From Pseudobdellovibrionaceae bacterium (GTDB lineage: Bacteria; Bdellovibrionota; Bdellovibrionia; Bdellovibrionales; Bdellovibrionaceae), in the NCBI GenBank assembly GCA_030158485.1, contig JAOASS010000016.1, positions 97,961 to 161,960 on the forward strand: DNA of 64,000 nt, given 5' to 3'. The position numbers and the translations under genes were made by a program. This document shows, in pieces, positions 18,518 through 27,421 of the stretch. Each line of letters begins with the position of its first letter. Within the stretch, counting starts at the first letter, position 1. The notes under the pieces were generated by a model. It saw only the letters and a program-made list of their open reading frames with translations. It was not told where the DNA came from and searched no databases.

Positions 18518-18759
18518 ATCGAGCTGGACTTTTATCCACAATATTGTCCACGTTTCTGTCAGTCCTGACGAAAAAATTTTCACTAATTTATAAACTAGAC
18601 TCAAGTCATCGGAAAGAATTCCCGAACTGACACATAGAGACCGAATATCGTCAGTTGGTGACGGTATTCAGGTTTCAAATAACCAGCTCCACGGATTGGA
18701 GCTGTTGGCCAAGGTAGGCCGCTAATCAGGAGGATGAGTGAAGAAACAAGGAGGATAAA

Positions 18760-19593
18760 ATGGGGATGCGTATATCGACTAACGTCGCCGCTCTCAATGC
18801 ACAGAAAAATCTGTACATGACGAACATCAATGCCAATAAATCGATGGCAAGGTTAGCGTCAGGTTTCAGAATAAATCAAGCAGCTGACGATGCTGCAGGT
18901 CTTGCGATTTCGGAAAACCTAAAAGGTCAAATCCGGGGTCTCAGGCAGGCGAATCGAAATGCTAACGATGGTATTTCACTCGTGCAAATTGCTGAAGGCA
19001 GTTTGAATGAAGTGTCGAATATGTTGATTCGCCTGAGGGAGCTTGGCGTACAAGCGGCTTCAGATACAATCGGCGATACAGAAAGACAATTTCTGGACAC
19101 AGAATATCAGCAATTAAAATCAGAAATTCAACGGGTTACTGAAAGCACTCAGTACAATGGTTACGACTTACTAAATGGAACTGGTGGAGTACTTGATATT
19201 CAAGTGGGTGTTAATAATGATCCATTTAAAGATCGTATTTCATTTAATGCCGGTGCTGCGAATTCAACTTTAGAAGCGTTGGGAATCGTTGCGGAATCAT
19301 TAGGAACAAAAGAGAGCGCTCAGCAATCTCTTTCGGCTCTTGATATTGCGATGACCAGTGTGAATTCAATCCGCGCGAACTTCGGCGCCATGCAAAATCG
19401 TTTACAATCAACAAGTAACAACTTGCTGATCTACGATGAAAACATGTCTGCTGCAAATTCTCGAATTCGCGATACGGACGTAGCAGCCGAAACTTCTGAA
19501 ATGATTCGCAATAATATTCTCATGCAGGCTGGCGTATCAATTCTGGGGCAAGCAAACCAACAATCTCAGTTAGCCCTCAAGCTACTCGGATAA
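18760..19593 (+). CDS. fliC: Flagellin (short form, 277 aa)
   Basis: MGMRISTNVAALNAQ, LASGFRINQAADDAAGLAISE and the C-terminal MSAANSRIRDTDVAAETSEMIRNNILMQAG. By eye, roughly two-thirds identical to the first flagellin. AAGGAGGA RBS. Confidence 0.95.
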   Translation: MGMRISTNVAALNAQKNLYMTNINANKSMARLASGFRINQAADDAAGLAISENLKGQIRGLRQANRNANDGISLVQIAEGSLNEVSNMLIRLRELGVQAASDTIGDTERQFLDTEYQQLKSEIQRVTESTQYNGYDLLNGTGGVLDIQVGVNNDPFKDRISFNAGAANSTLEALGIVAESLGTKESAQQSLSALDIAMTSVNSIRANFGAMQNRLQSTSNNLLIYDENMSAANSRIRDTDVAAETSEMIRNNILMQAGVSILGQANQQSQLALKLLG

Positions 19594-19798
19594 AATAAAA
19601 GGCACCCACTTACTTACCAGTAGGCGGCGAGTCATAAGGTAAGTGACGTTTTCATCACTTACTGGAAACCGGCGCTGATATTAAGTGAGGCACTGAGTTA
19701 TAAACATAAGAATGTGGAGTTAAGACTTCATTTTCAATTTGAAACTTAGCGAATACTTCGCAAGACTTTCCTTTATTAAGTAAACTTGAGGGAAAATC

Positions 19799-22153
19799 AT
19801 GGCGCAGTATTCATCAAAAAGCCTGAGTGTAGCATGTATGATGTTTGGAAGATTTTTGGCCTACGTTATGGGCCTTGTCCTCCTTGGATCTTCCGCATCT
19901 TCCACGGCTCAGGCTTTTGGCTTCAACGATCCAGAACTATCAAAACAGGAATCTACTCAAATCATAAAACTACTTGATACATTTTCAAGTGGCTGCACTT
20001 TGACACGAGGCCCTTCTGCAGATGCAATTTCAGTCGTCCAAGGCTTAGCTTCAACGATTCGAGCTTCTTTGGAAAACCCTGCATGTAAAAGTCTTGCGGG
20101 TGTTGCGACTTCACTTGATTCTGCAACATTTCAAGCTCAAGGATTAATTCCTAGAGCCAATGATTCTTACGTGAATGATCTTGAACAAAGAGTCAATTCA
20201 CTCGAAAAACAAAAACAAGAGATTACGATTTTACTGACCCAGACAACGAGTCCAGCTGAAATTTCAATTTTAAGATCGCAACTTTATTCAATTCGCATAG
20301 AACTTGCGGGAAGTTTAAGCGAAGCTCGAGATACAGCCTTGAATGATCAGCAAATTCGGCGCTCACAAGCTCTGCGAATATTATTAAGTTCAACAAATCA
20401 AGCAGTGAATCAAGTTTTAGCCAATGAAACATGCTGGGTTGGCCAACCAGGAGTTCTGCAGCAAGTAGCCGGTGTCGGAACAATTTTAAGTGGAAGTGCC
20501 GCTTTGATGACTCCAGCATCGCAAACGGCCGTGCTTTTGACATCAGGAATGTCGATTATATCGACATTGGTTGATTTTTTCGAAAGACTCTCTATCGCCA
20601 AAAAAGTAGCCCAATTTGATTTAGCTTTGGGCTCGACTGCATTGACCTGTGCGCTTGAAAAAATGAATGATGTTTATTGTTCGGCACAAGATACTTTAAA
20701 CGCCATTAAAAAAGTAGGACCTAAACTGCATGATCCAAAAGAAGATCCAGTTTGGAGCGGTCTAGGACTTTTAGAAAAAGATATTCCGATACTATTAAGT
20801 TGGTTACAAAAAATTAAATCTGGTGGCGGCGCGAATACAACTGAAGATGCAGAAAAAAAAGCCGCAATCGAACTTCAAGAAGTGAAGTTGAATAATTCTA
20901 AAACACTTTACGAAGGATTTTCAAGGGATGCTCAGCTTCGTTATGACCAAACAATTGACCCTGAACAAAAGTTTTCTGTTCTTCGAAATATGGTAGGTGG
21001 ATTTGGCTCAAGAATCTGTGCCTCAAGCTCTACGGGAATTGATTATTCGAATCCTATTTGTACGACATTGTCTTTTGAATTTATGTTTTACTACTTACTA
21101 GGCTTAGATTCCATCGATTACCAAAGTTTAAAAAAAATAAATAATAACCTTAGCTTTAGTTCGGTCGATTTAGCTCTTATTAGAGGCTCTGGAATTATGA
21201 AAGAATTGAGCTTAAGAGTAACAAATCAAAGGTTTCAGTCCCTCTACAATTTAGCAAAAGATGCTTTTGAAATTGAAAAAAGATTGTCTCTTGGCCAGGA
21301 TTTGACTCTTATTTTTGACGAAGCTTTGAAAAGAAATTACCGGATTTCAAACCCGGTGACGGCACAAAGCGCATTAGAAGATCTTATTGCTTTTTTAAGA
21401 ACGGGTGGCGAACGTCAGCAGCCAGATCCACAGCGAGGACTTCGGGAGCAAGTTCTATCGAGTATAACGGAAGTGCTAAATCAAATTTTGAGCGTAGCGC
21501 AGGGGCAAGTAACGCCAGAAACAGCGAAAGATGAAATCTTCAAAGCAGCTGAGCTTAAAATTGGAACTTCATTCTTAGGCGATCGCTTGGAAAGATTAAT
21601 ACGTCTTGATTTAGAACAACTTGTTTATGATTCTGATAAAATAGATGATGTGACTCGCTTACCGCTTCTAGCAGCAAGTGATGCGATAGCTGAACTGAGA
21701 AGATTTTATCAAGTCAGTAGTTTACAAGAAATGCAAGAATCTGCCAGTAACGCGCAACTTTTGATGAACAAAACTTTAGACCCCTTTATTCGACTTTTTG
21801 CGACACCTATGCTTCGGTCTTTAGATGAGTTTGATTCAGTTGCAAAAAAAGTGGGTGGCGACGGAGCTGCTCAAGCGATTGCCCTGAAAACAAAAATGTG
21901 TTTTTACTTTTTGGGCTCAATTAAGCCACAAGATTTCTTTTTAAAAGAGTGTCAGGGTTTAATCGCTAAATCAGTTTTAGGTTTAGAAACGCCGGCCTTT
22001 GATAAAGAACTATTTCAGAATCCTCTTCAAAGTCGAGCCTGTATTTACCGTAACTTTATTATGAAAAATAGAATTAAAGAAAGACAAAGCCAAGCTTTTC
22101 GATATCCTGGTTTTGATGTCCTGCTTAAAAAATTAAATCAGAAAGTAATGTAG
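19799..22153 (+). CDS. Large secreted protein of unknown function (paralog B of the 785-aa pair)
   Basis: Signal-like N-terminus MMFGRFLAYVMGLVLLGSSASSTAQA. A Cys pair is spaced 30 aa apart. The hydrophobic segment CWVGQPGVLQQVAGVGTILSGSAALMTPASQTAVLLTSGMSIISTLV is bracketed by Cys. The C-terminal region has a cluster of 3 Cys. No known domain recognised. Confidence 0.75.
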   Translation: MAQYSSKSLSVACMMFGRFLAYVMGLVLLGSSASSTAQAFGFNDPELSKQESTQIIKLLDTFSSGCTLTRGPSADAISVVQGLASTIRASLENPACKSLAGVATSLDSATFQAQGLIPRANDSYVNDLEQRVNSLEKQKQEITILLTQTTSPAEISILRSQLYSIRIELAGSLSEARDTALNDQQIRRSQALRILLSSTNQAVNQVLANETCWVGQPGVLQQVAGVGTILSGSAALMTPASQTAVLLTSGMSIISTLVDFFERLSIAKKVAQFDLALGSTALTCALEKMNDVYCSAQDTLNAIKKVGPKLHDPKEDPVWSGLGLLEKDIPILLSWLQKIKSGGGANTTEDAEKKAAIELQEVKLNNSKTLYEGFSRDAQLRYDQTIDPEQKFSVLRNMVGGFGSRICASSSTGIDYSNPICTTLSFEFMFYYLLGLDSIDYQSLKKINNNLSFSSVDLALIRGSGIMKELSLRVTNQRFQSLYNLAKDAFEIEKRLSLGQDLTLIFDEALKRNYRISNPVTAQSALEDLIAFLRTGGERQQPDPQRGLREQVLSSITEVLNQILSVAQGQVTPETAKDEIFKAAELKIGTSFLGDRLERLIRLDLEQLVYDSDKIDDVTRLPLLAASDAIAELRRFYQVSSLQEMQESASNAQLLMNKTLDPFIRLFATPMLRSLDEFDSVAKKVGGDGAAQAIALKTKMCFYFLGSIKPQDFFLKECQGLIAKSVLGLETPAFDKELFQNPLQSRACIYRNFIMKNRIKERQSQAFRYPGFDVLLKKLNQKVM

Positions 22154-22167
22154 TCTAGCAGAATCCA

Positions 22168-22941
22168 TCAGGACTCATTAATGGAAGTTGAAATTTCAGA
22201 CCAAAGCTGAGGACTTAGAAGTTCGCTTCCAATCAGAAGAACAGGCTCTTGATCTTTTGCTTTTCCTTTTTTGGCTTCGGATGGAAGGAAGCCAGATCCA
22301 CCATATGTTTCAAGCCACTCTTTTCTAATCATAAGGGAGTTCGACACCAGAACATTTTCGTGTGAAGGTCGATCTTTTGGCTGAATACGATTGAATTCAA
22401 AGGTACTAAAAACATCTAAATTTCTTTCGCCCTCAATTTTATCCAAGCGTTGGTAACCAATTTCAATTAAATGTTTATACTTTTGTCGGCCTGGTGATTT
22501 AGAAGAGAAAATCAGATCGAGATCGCCAGAAAGAAAATAAGACTCAAGTTCCGACAGGTCGTAAATATCAAGAGTCACTTTTTTAATACCGACTTTTGAA
22601 AAACAGACTTCAGCCATTTTCATAGCAAAACTAGCAAGTCCTTCAAGTGTGCCGATATGAAGTTCCGCGACCATTTCGTTTTTTGAAACTGTTAGAAGCT
22701 CTAATTCCAAACGTCGTTGCATTTTTCCATAAATTTCAGAAACCTGATTTGCAATTGGTGTCCAGCCTGATTTTCTTTTGGCCGATCGATCTAGCAAAAC
22801 GATTTGCAATTCATTTTCAATTTTTGCAATGATTCGTGATAGTTGAGGTTGGCTTAACCCGACATGTAATGCAGCAGCTGATAAATTTTTATGATGGATA
22901 GCTTTAGCTAAAATACTCAGTTCGTAGTGAATGGCGTGCAT
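22168..22941 (-). CDS. LysR-family transcriptional regulator (short, 257 aa)
   Basis: N-terminal wHTH LSILAKAIHHKNLSAAALHVGLSQPQLSRIIAKIENELQIVLLDR. Confidence 0.75.
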   Translation of the reverse strand: MHAIHYELSILAKAIHHKNLSAAALHVGLSQPQLSRIIAKIENELQIVLLDRSAKRKSGWTPIANQVSEIYGKMQRRLELELLTVSKNEMVAELHIGTLEGLASFAMKMAEVCFSKVGIKKVTLDIYDLSELESYFLSGDLDLIFSSKSPGRQKYKHLIEIGYQRLDKIEGERNLDVFSTFEFNRIQPKDRPSHENVLVSNSLMIRKEWLETYGGSGFLPSEAKKGKAKDQEPVLLIGSELLSPQLWSEISTSINES

Positions 22942-22958
22942 TAAAGGCCCTCAAGCTT

Positions 22959-24632
22959 TTACGGTTTACGAATATAATGGTAAAATCCAACAAGACCCAG
23001 GACTCCTGCCATTGAATATAAAATCAGGCTTAAAATAGGCATTTGGTGAATAGGGTCTTGAGTTGTATGTTGAGCAATCATTGAAGCACTGATAATGAGC
23101 GAAGCCGTTACGATCCCTAAAAATAAGAGACTAAAAGAATTTTCTAAGCTTCGCTTGAGTTCATCCATGTTTTGAAGATTTAATTTGAATGCATGCTGGG
23201 GGCTGTTTGCTTTTCGTATCAGCATTGAAAACTGTCTAGGTAGTGAGTTAATCAAATGCCGAGATTCCCGAAATATTTGAGACATATCGCTAGCCATTTT
23301 AGTTGGATCAATTTGTTTTTTGATCATTTCGCTAGAAAATTCGATGGCAATAGCGAGGGGCTCAAATTGCGGGTTAATTTTTCTTCCTAAGCCCTCTATG
23401 GCTACAAGGGATTTGAAAAACATCATCAATTCAGTCGGAACAGCCAAACCATGTCGAGTTGCAATAGATGAAGAGCTCATCAGCAAACGTCCCATATTAA
23501 CATTTTTCAAAGTCAGACCGTAGTAAGGAGCAATTAATTCTCGAAGCTCTTTTGCAAAAAGATCCACATTCACTTGATCAGTAAAAGGAGCCAAATCAAC
23601 ATATTCATATGCTAAACGTTCGTAATCTTCTTTAGCCAAGGCTAACAACTGACTTGCAACAACAGTTTGAGTCCTAGAATTAAGCCTTCCAACAACGCCG
23701 AAATCGACAAGGCCGATTCGATTATCTGGATAAATAAAGAAATTTCCCGCGTGAAGATCTCCGTGAAAAAGTCCGTCAGTAAAAACCATTTTTAGATAAA
23801 TTTGAAGTGCTTTTTTAACGACTTCTTCTTTGTTAACCCCGGATTGCTGCAGTGAAGTTTCTTGACTGAGAGGAATTCCTTTTAAGAATTCTAGAACTAA
23901 AATTCTTTCGGTTGTTAAGTCTAAGTAAACTTTTGGAATAACAACTGCGGAATCATTTTTAAAGTTTTGTTGAAATCGACGGATATTATTAGCCTCAACA
24001 ATAAAGTCAGTTTCAAGTTCAAGCGTTTTAAAGAATTCATCAACAATTGCAATTGGTGAAAAAGGTCTTGTTTCCGGTACATACTTGTGAAGAAGTTCAG
24101 CTAGCATATAAAGAACATTCAAATCATCATCGATTGTCTTAATAATTCCAGGTCGCTGAATTTTGATCACAACATCGTCACCAGTTTTTAAGCGAGCTTT
24201 GTGAACTTGGGCGATACTGGCCGATCCTAAAACATTCGGATCAATACTTTCGAAAATTTCATCACAGCGTTGACCGTATTCGATTTTAAGAATTTCTTTG
24301 ATGGTGTCAAAAGGTAAAGGTTGAACACGGTCATGCAGTTGACTGAATTCTTCTAAATACTCGGTTGGAACAAGATCGGGGCGAGTCGCTAAAACTTGAC
24401 CGAGTTTAACAAAAGTCGGTCCCAATTCTTCAAAAGCCATTCGGACTCGTTGTGGAGCTGAGTAGCGCTCCATATCGGTACCGATAAAGCGCTCGATTAG
24501 AAATCGGCCGAGTTTAATTCTTTCTGCAACATTAGAAAATCCGTGTTTGGCAAAAACACTGACGATGGTTTTGAGTCTACCGGCGTTTTGGAGGGTTCTT
24601 CGAAGCGGATTTCTTTTGAGCTCCAGAGCCAT
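22959..24632 (-). CDS. ABC1/UbiB-family atypical protein kinase
   Basis: FEELGPTFVKLGQ, GSASIAQVHKA, KIQRPGI and HGDLHAGNF, with C-terminal TM helices. Start moved to the ATG at 24632 (MALELKRNPLRR); the longer ORF would run deep into rnr. Confidence 0.8.
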   Translation of the reverse strand: MALELKRNPLRRTLQNAGRLKTIVSVFAKHGFSNVAERIKLGRFLIERFIGTDMERYSAPQRVRMAFEELGPTFVKLGQVLATRPDLVPTEYLEEFSQLHDRVQPLPFDTIKEILKIEYGQRCDEIFESIDPNVLGSASIAQVHKARLKTGDDVVIKIQRPGIIKTIDDDLNVLYMLAELLHKYVPETRPFSPIAIVDEFFKTLELETDFIVEANNIRRFQQNFKNDSAVVIPKVYLDLTTERILVLEFLKGIPLSQETSLQQSGVNKEEVVKKALQIYLKMVFTDGLFHGDLHAGNFFIYPDNRIGLVDFGVVGRLNSRTQTVVASQLLALAKEDYERLAYEYVDLAPFTDQVNVDLFAKELRELIAPYYGLTLKNVNMGRLLMSSSSIATRHGLAVPTELMMFFKSLVAIEGLGRKINPQFEPLAIAIEFSSEMIKKQIDPTKMASDMSQIFRESRHLINSLPRQFSMLIRKANSPQHAFKLNLQNMDELKRSLENSFSLLFLGIVTASLIISASMIAQHTTQDPIHQMPILSLILYSMAGVLGLVGFYHYIRKP

Positions 24633-26760
24633 GGGGTCCCTTCTTATTTTTCTTTTTACGATCTTTGCTAGAAGGCTTTTCTGAGCCGCTACTACTGCCT
24701 TCTTTACTGCCACGATCGTAACGAGGTTTAAACTTGTTTTTCTTAAAAGGAAACTTCTTTTCTTCAACTACGTCTTTTAAGTCTTTTTTTCTTTCGGATA
24801 ATGCAGTTTTTTCTCCCGGCTTTTGAGCAGGTGTTGATGCAAGTTCAAAATCAATTTGACCGAGCTCAACATGGGCATCAACTACGCGTATTCGAAGAGC
24901 ATCTCCTATCGAGTAAGTCAGGCCACTTCTACGGGCGACCAGTCGGAGGTTGTCTTCGTCATATTCTAAGGGTTCTTTTGCAAGATCACCTAAGCGTATC
25001 AAACCATCAATATCGTATTCTCGTAAAAGTACGAAGGCGCCAAACTTAGTTACTCCTGAAATCATGCCATCAAATTCTTGCCCAATAAATTTTTGCATGA
25101 AGCGAGCTTTTTTAATCGCTTTAATTTGTCTTTCTGACTTTGCAGAACGTTGTTCGCATGCACTGAGCATTGTTCCAGCAGATTCAAGGTCTTCAAGACT
25201 CATCAAGCGATAAGAAGAATTTTTTAAAATTTGATTTTTTAAAAGTCTGTGTACAATCAGGTCCGGATAGCGACGAATAGGTGAAGTAAAATGAGTGTAG
25301 TTTTCAAAACCTAAACCAAAATGACCGACATTGTGTGGTGAGTACTGCGCTTGCTTCATGGACCGTAAAGTCAAAATATTTAAGAGCTGAGCTTCGGGCT
25401 TGCCTTCAAAGTCTTGCAATGATTCTGTCAATTTTTTCTGAAGCTTACCTGGGCCAAATATTTTTGCACGACTCCCAAAAGTTGCTAAATATTTTTGAAG
25501 AATTTCGAGCGCATCTTCAAAAGGGGGTTCATGAATTCGGAAAATAGCTGGAATATCACGAGAATTAAAATATTCAGCTACCGCCACATTAGCTGCCAAC
25601 ATAAGTTCTTCAATTAAGCGATGAGCAAAAAGTCGCTCACTTCTAACTACATCGACAGGAACTCCTTGAGCATCAATTTCAAGTTCAGTTTCAGGAATTT
25701 CAAGATCCAAGGACCCTTCGCGAAATCTTTTAGCCATTAGAATTTTAGCTAAATCAGCACAGCGAAGAATATTTTCTTTCACATGATTCAGGTGAGGCAT
25801 ATCAATACCTTCGACGACTTCTTGAGCTTCGCCGTAAGTGACACGTGCTTTTGATTCCATTATGGCTTCGTAAAACTGGTGCGAAAGTTTTTGACCTGAA
25901 AAGTCGAATTGCATTTCAGCAACGAGACACAATCTCGGGATGTGGGGGTTCAAAGAGCAAAGTCCGTTCGATAAAACTTCAGGAAGCATGGGAATCACAA
26001 AGTTTGGAAAGTAAACAGAAGTTCCGCGAACATAAGCTTCTTTATCGATCTCGCTACCGACTTTAACGTAGTGTGATACGTCAGCAATAGCGACGATACA
26101 AAAAAATCCTTTCGAATTTTTTTCAACATAAACAGCATCATCAAAATCTTTGGCAGTTTTTCCATCAATTGTTATCAAGTTTTTATCGCGTATATCACGG
26201 CGATTTTTAAGTTCTTGCTGAACTTGTTCTTCCGTTAATTCTTTTTGAAAATAAGTGGCTTCTTTTTCAGCTTTGGCAGGCCATTCAAAAGGAAGTTGTT
26301 GGCTAATGATAACTCTTTTAATATCACTGATGGGGTCTTCAAAATTTTTAAGTATTTCTGTAATTCGGCCCCTGAATTCATCTTGATCGGGATACGAAAT
26401 AATTTCGGCGGTAACCATTTCGCCTGGTTTTGCGCCCAGAGAATCAGCCCATTTAATTTTAAGATCTTCGCCCCAGCCCATAGAAACATCTTTTACGATT
26501 CCATATTTTTCATTTAAGTGAGCAAATTTACCAACGACTGTTTTCGTTGATCTTGAAAGGACTTTCATGACTTCTCCGCGAAATCGGTCGCTTCCTTTTT
26601 CAGGTTCGACTTCAGCCATGACTCGGTCAAGGCTCATAACACCTTTCATGCTGTGTTTTGGAATATAGACATCAGGATGATCTGCTAAATCAGGTATTAA
26701 AAAGCCAAATCCATCCGGATGCCGTTTCACGATCCCTTGTACGTACTTTTTCTTTATCAT
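24577..26760 (-). CDS. rnr: Ribonuclease R
   Basis: Cold-shock-like N-terminus GIVKRHPDGFGFL, RNB core (TIDGKTAKDFDDAV, HFGLGFENYTHFTSPIRRYPDL), S1 domain (GMISGVTKFGAFV) and a Lys/Ser-rich basic tail. Confidence 0.9.
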   Translation of the reverse strand: MIKKKYVQGIVKRHPDGFGFLIPDLADHPDVYIPKHSMKGVMSLDRVMAEVEPEKGSDRFRGEVMKVLSRSTKTVVGKFAHLNEKYGIVKDVSMGWGEDLKIKWADSLGAKPGEMVTAEIISYPDQDEFRGRITEILKNFEDPISDIKRVIISQQLPFEWPAKAEKEATYFQKELTEEQVQQELKNRRDIRDKNLITIDGKTAKDFDDAVYVEKNSKGFFCIVAIADVSHYVKVGSEIDKEAYVRGTSVYFPNFVIPMLPEVLSNGLCSLNPHIPRLCLVAEMQFDFSGQKLSHQFYEAIMESKARVTYGEAQEVVEGIDMPHLNHVKENILRCADLAKILMAKRFREGSLDLEIPETELEIDAQGVPVDVVRSERLFAHRLIEELMLAANVAVAEYFNSRDIPAIFRIHEPPFEDALEILQKYLATFGSRAKIFGPGKLQKKLTESLQDFEGKPEAQLLNILTLRSMKQAQYSPHNVGHFGLGFENYTHFTSPIRRYPDLIVHRLLKNQILKNSSYRLMSLEDLESAGTMLSACEQRSAKSERQIKAIKKARFMQKFIGQEFDGMISGVTKFGAFVLLREYDIDGLIRLGDLAKEPLEYDEDNLRLVARRSGLTYSIGDALRIRVVDAHVELGQIDFELASTPAQKPGEKTALSERKKDLKDVVEEKKFPFKKNKFKPRYDRGSKEGSSSGSEKPSSKDRKKKNKKGPHGSGAQKKSASKNPPKRR

Positions 26761-26806
26761 GGCTTAGATTCTGGGGCGGCCTACCCTTTGCTGTCACGCG
26801 AATAAC

Positions 26807-27385
26807 ATGAAACAACAAAAATTTAAGAGACACCGTTTTTTTCATTTCACAACTCAATTTGTGAATCCAAATTGGTTTGAAACAAATTTATGCAAAAATT
26901 GGCTAGATTTTCTTTATAGTTTGGAGCAAATTCAAAAACAGAGACAGGATGAAGATATCGTTTGGCATTCAGGACTTCTGATGTCGAATCACATCCACTT
27001 GCTCTTCAGCACTCAGTCCTACAACGAACATTCTTTAGTTTTGGATCTTGAAAGCAGCTTAAAAAAACAGTTAGGTACTCGCGCTAATTTATTTCAAAGG
27101 CCCTTGCCGTGTGAACCCCTGCAGCATCTTGAGCATTTGAAAGCCGCGTATAAGTATATTTATCGAAATCCAGTAGAAGCGGGAATCGTCAGAAAAGTCG
27201 AAGACTATACTTTTAGTAGTTTATATCTTTTGTTGAACAAAGACCGGCCTTCTCGATTCAATCCTTTTCTAGACCCATTTCAAGTTATTCAAAACTTACC
27301 CAGCCGTTTAAGGTGGCTTAATTCTGAGTCTACTTATTCACAATTTTCATTCGATTTTCAAGAAGATCAGGGCTTTAGATTTTAA
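26807..27385 (+). CDS. IS200/RAYT-like Y1 (HUH) transposase-family protein, solo copy
   Basis: HUH-type motif SNHIHLLF and the catalytic-Tyr region AAYKYIYRNPVEAGIV characteristic of Y1_Tnp/COG1943 (REP-associated tyrosine transposase-like) proteins. Confidence 0.6.
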   Translation: MKQQKFKRHRFFHFTTQFVNPNWFETNLCKNWLDFLYSLEQIQKQRQDEDIVWHSGLLMSNHIHLLFSTQSYNEHSLVLDLESSLKKQLGTRANLFQRPLPCEPLQHLEHLKAAYKYIYRNPVEAGIVRKVEDYTFSSLYLLLNKDRPSRFNPFLDPFQVIQNLPSRLRWLNSESTYSQFSFDFQEDQGFRF

Positions 27386-27421
27386 CCAGTTGAAGTGAAA
27401 AATTAAAGACCCTTTTATTGG

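Noticed and set aside
24633-24767. Long N-terminal extensions suggested by the ORF track. Examples: UbiB from 24767, oppF from 1628, the 787-aa protein from 12213, the coiled-coil protein from 43492, the IMPase from 50372, the flagellin from 16661, and TrmO from 32973.
   Set aside because: In each case an internal start has a better RBS. It also restores a canonical N-terminus or signal peptide, or removes an implausible overlap with a neighbouring gene.
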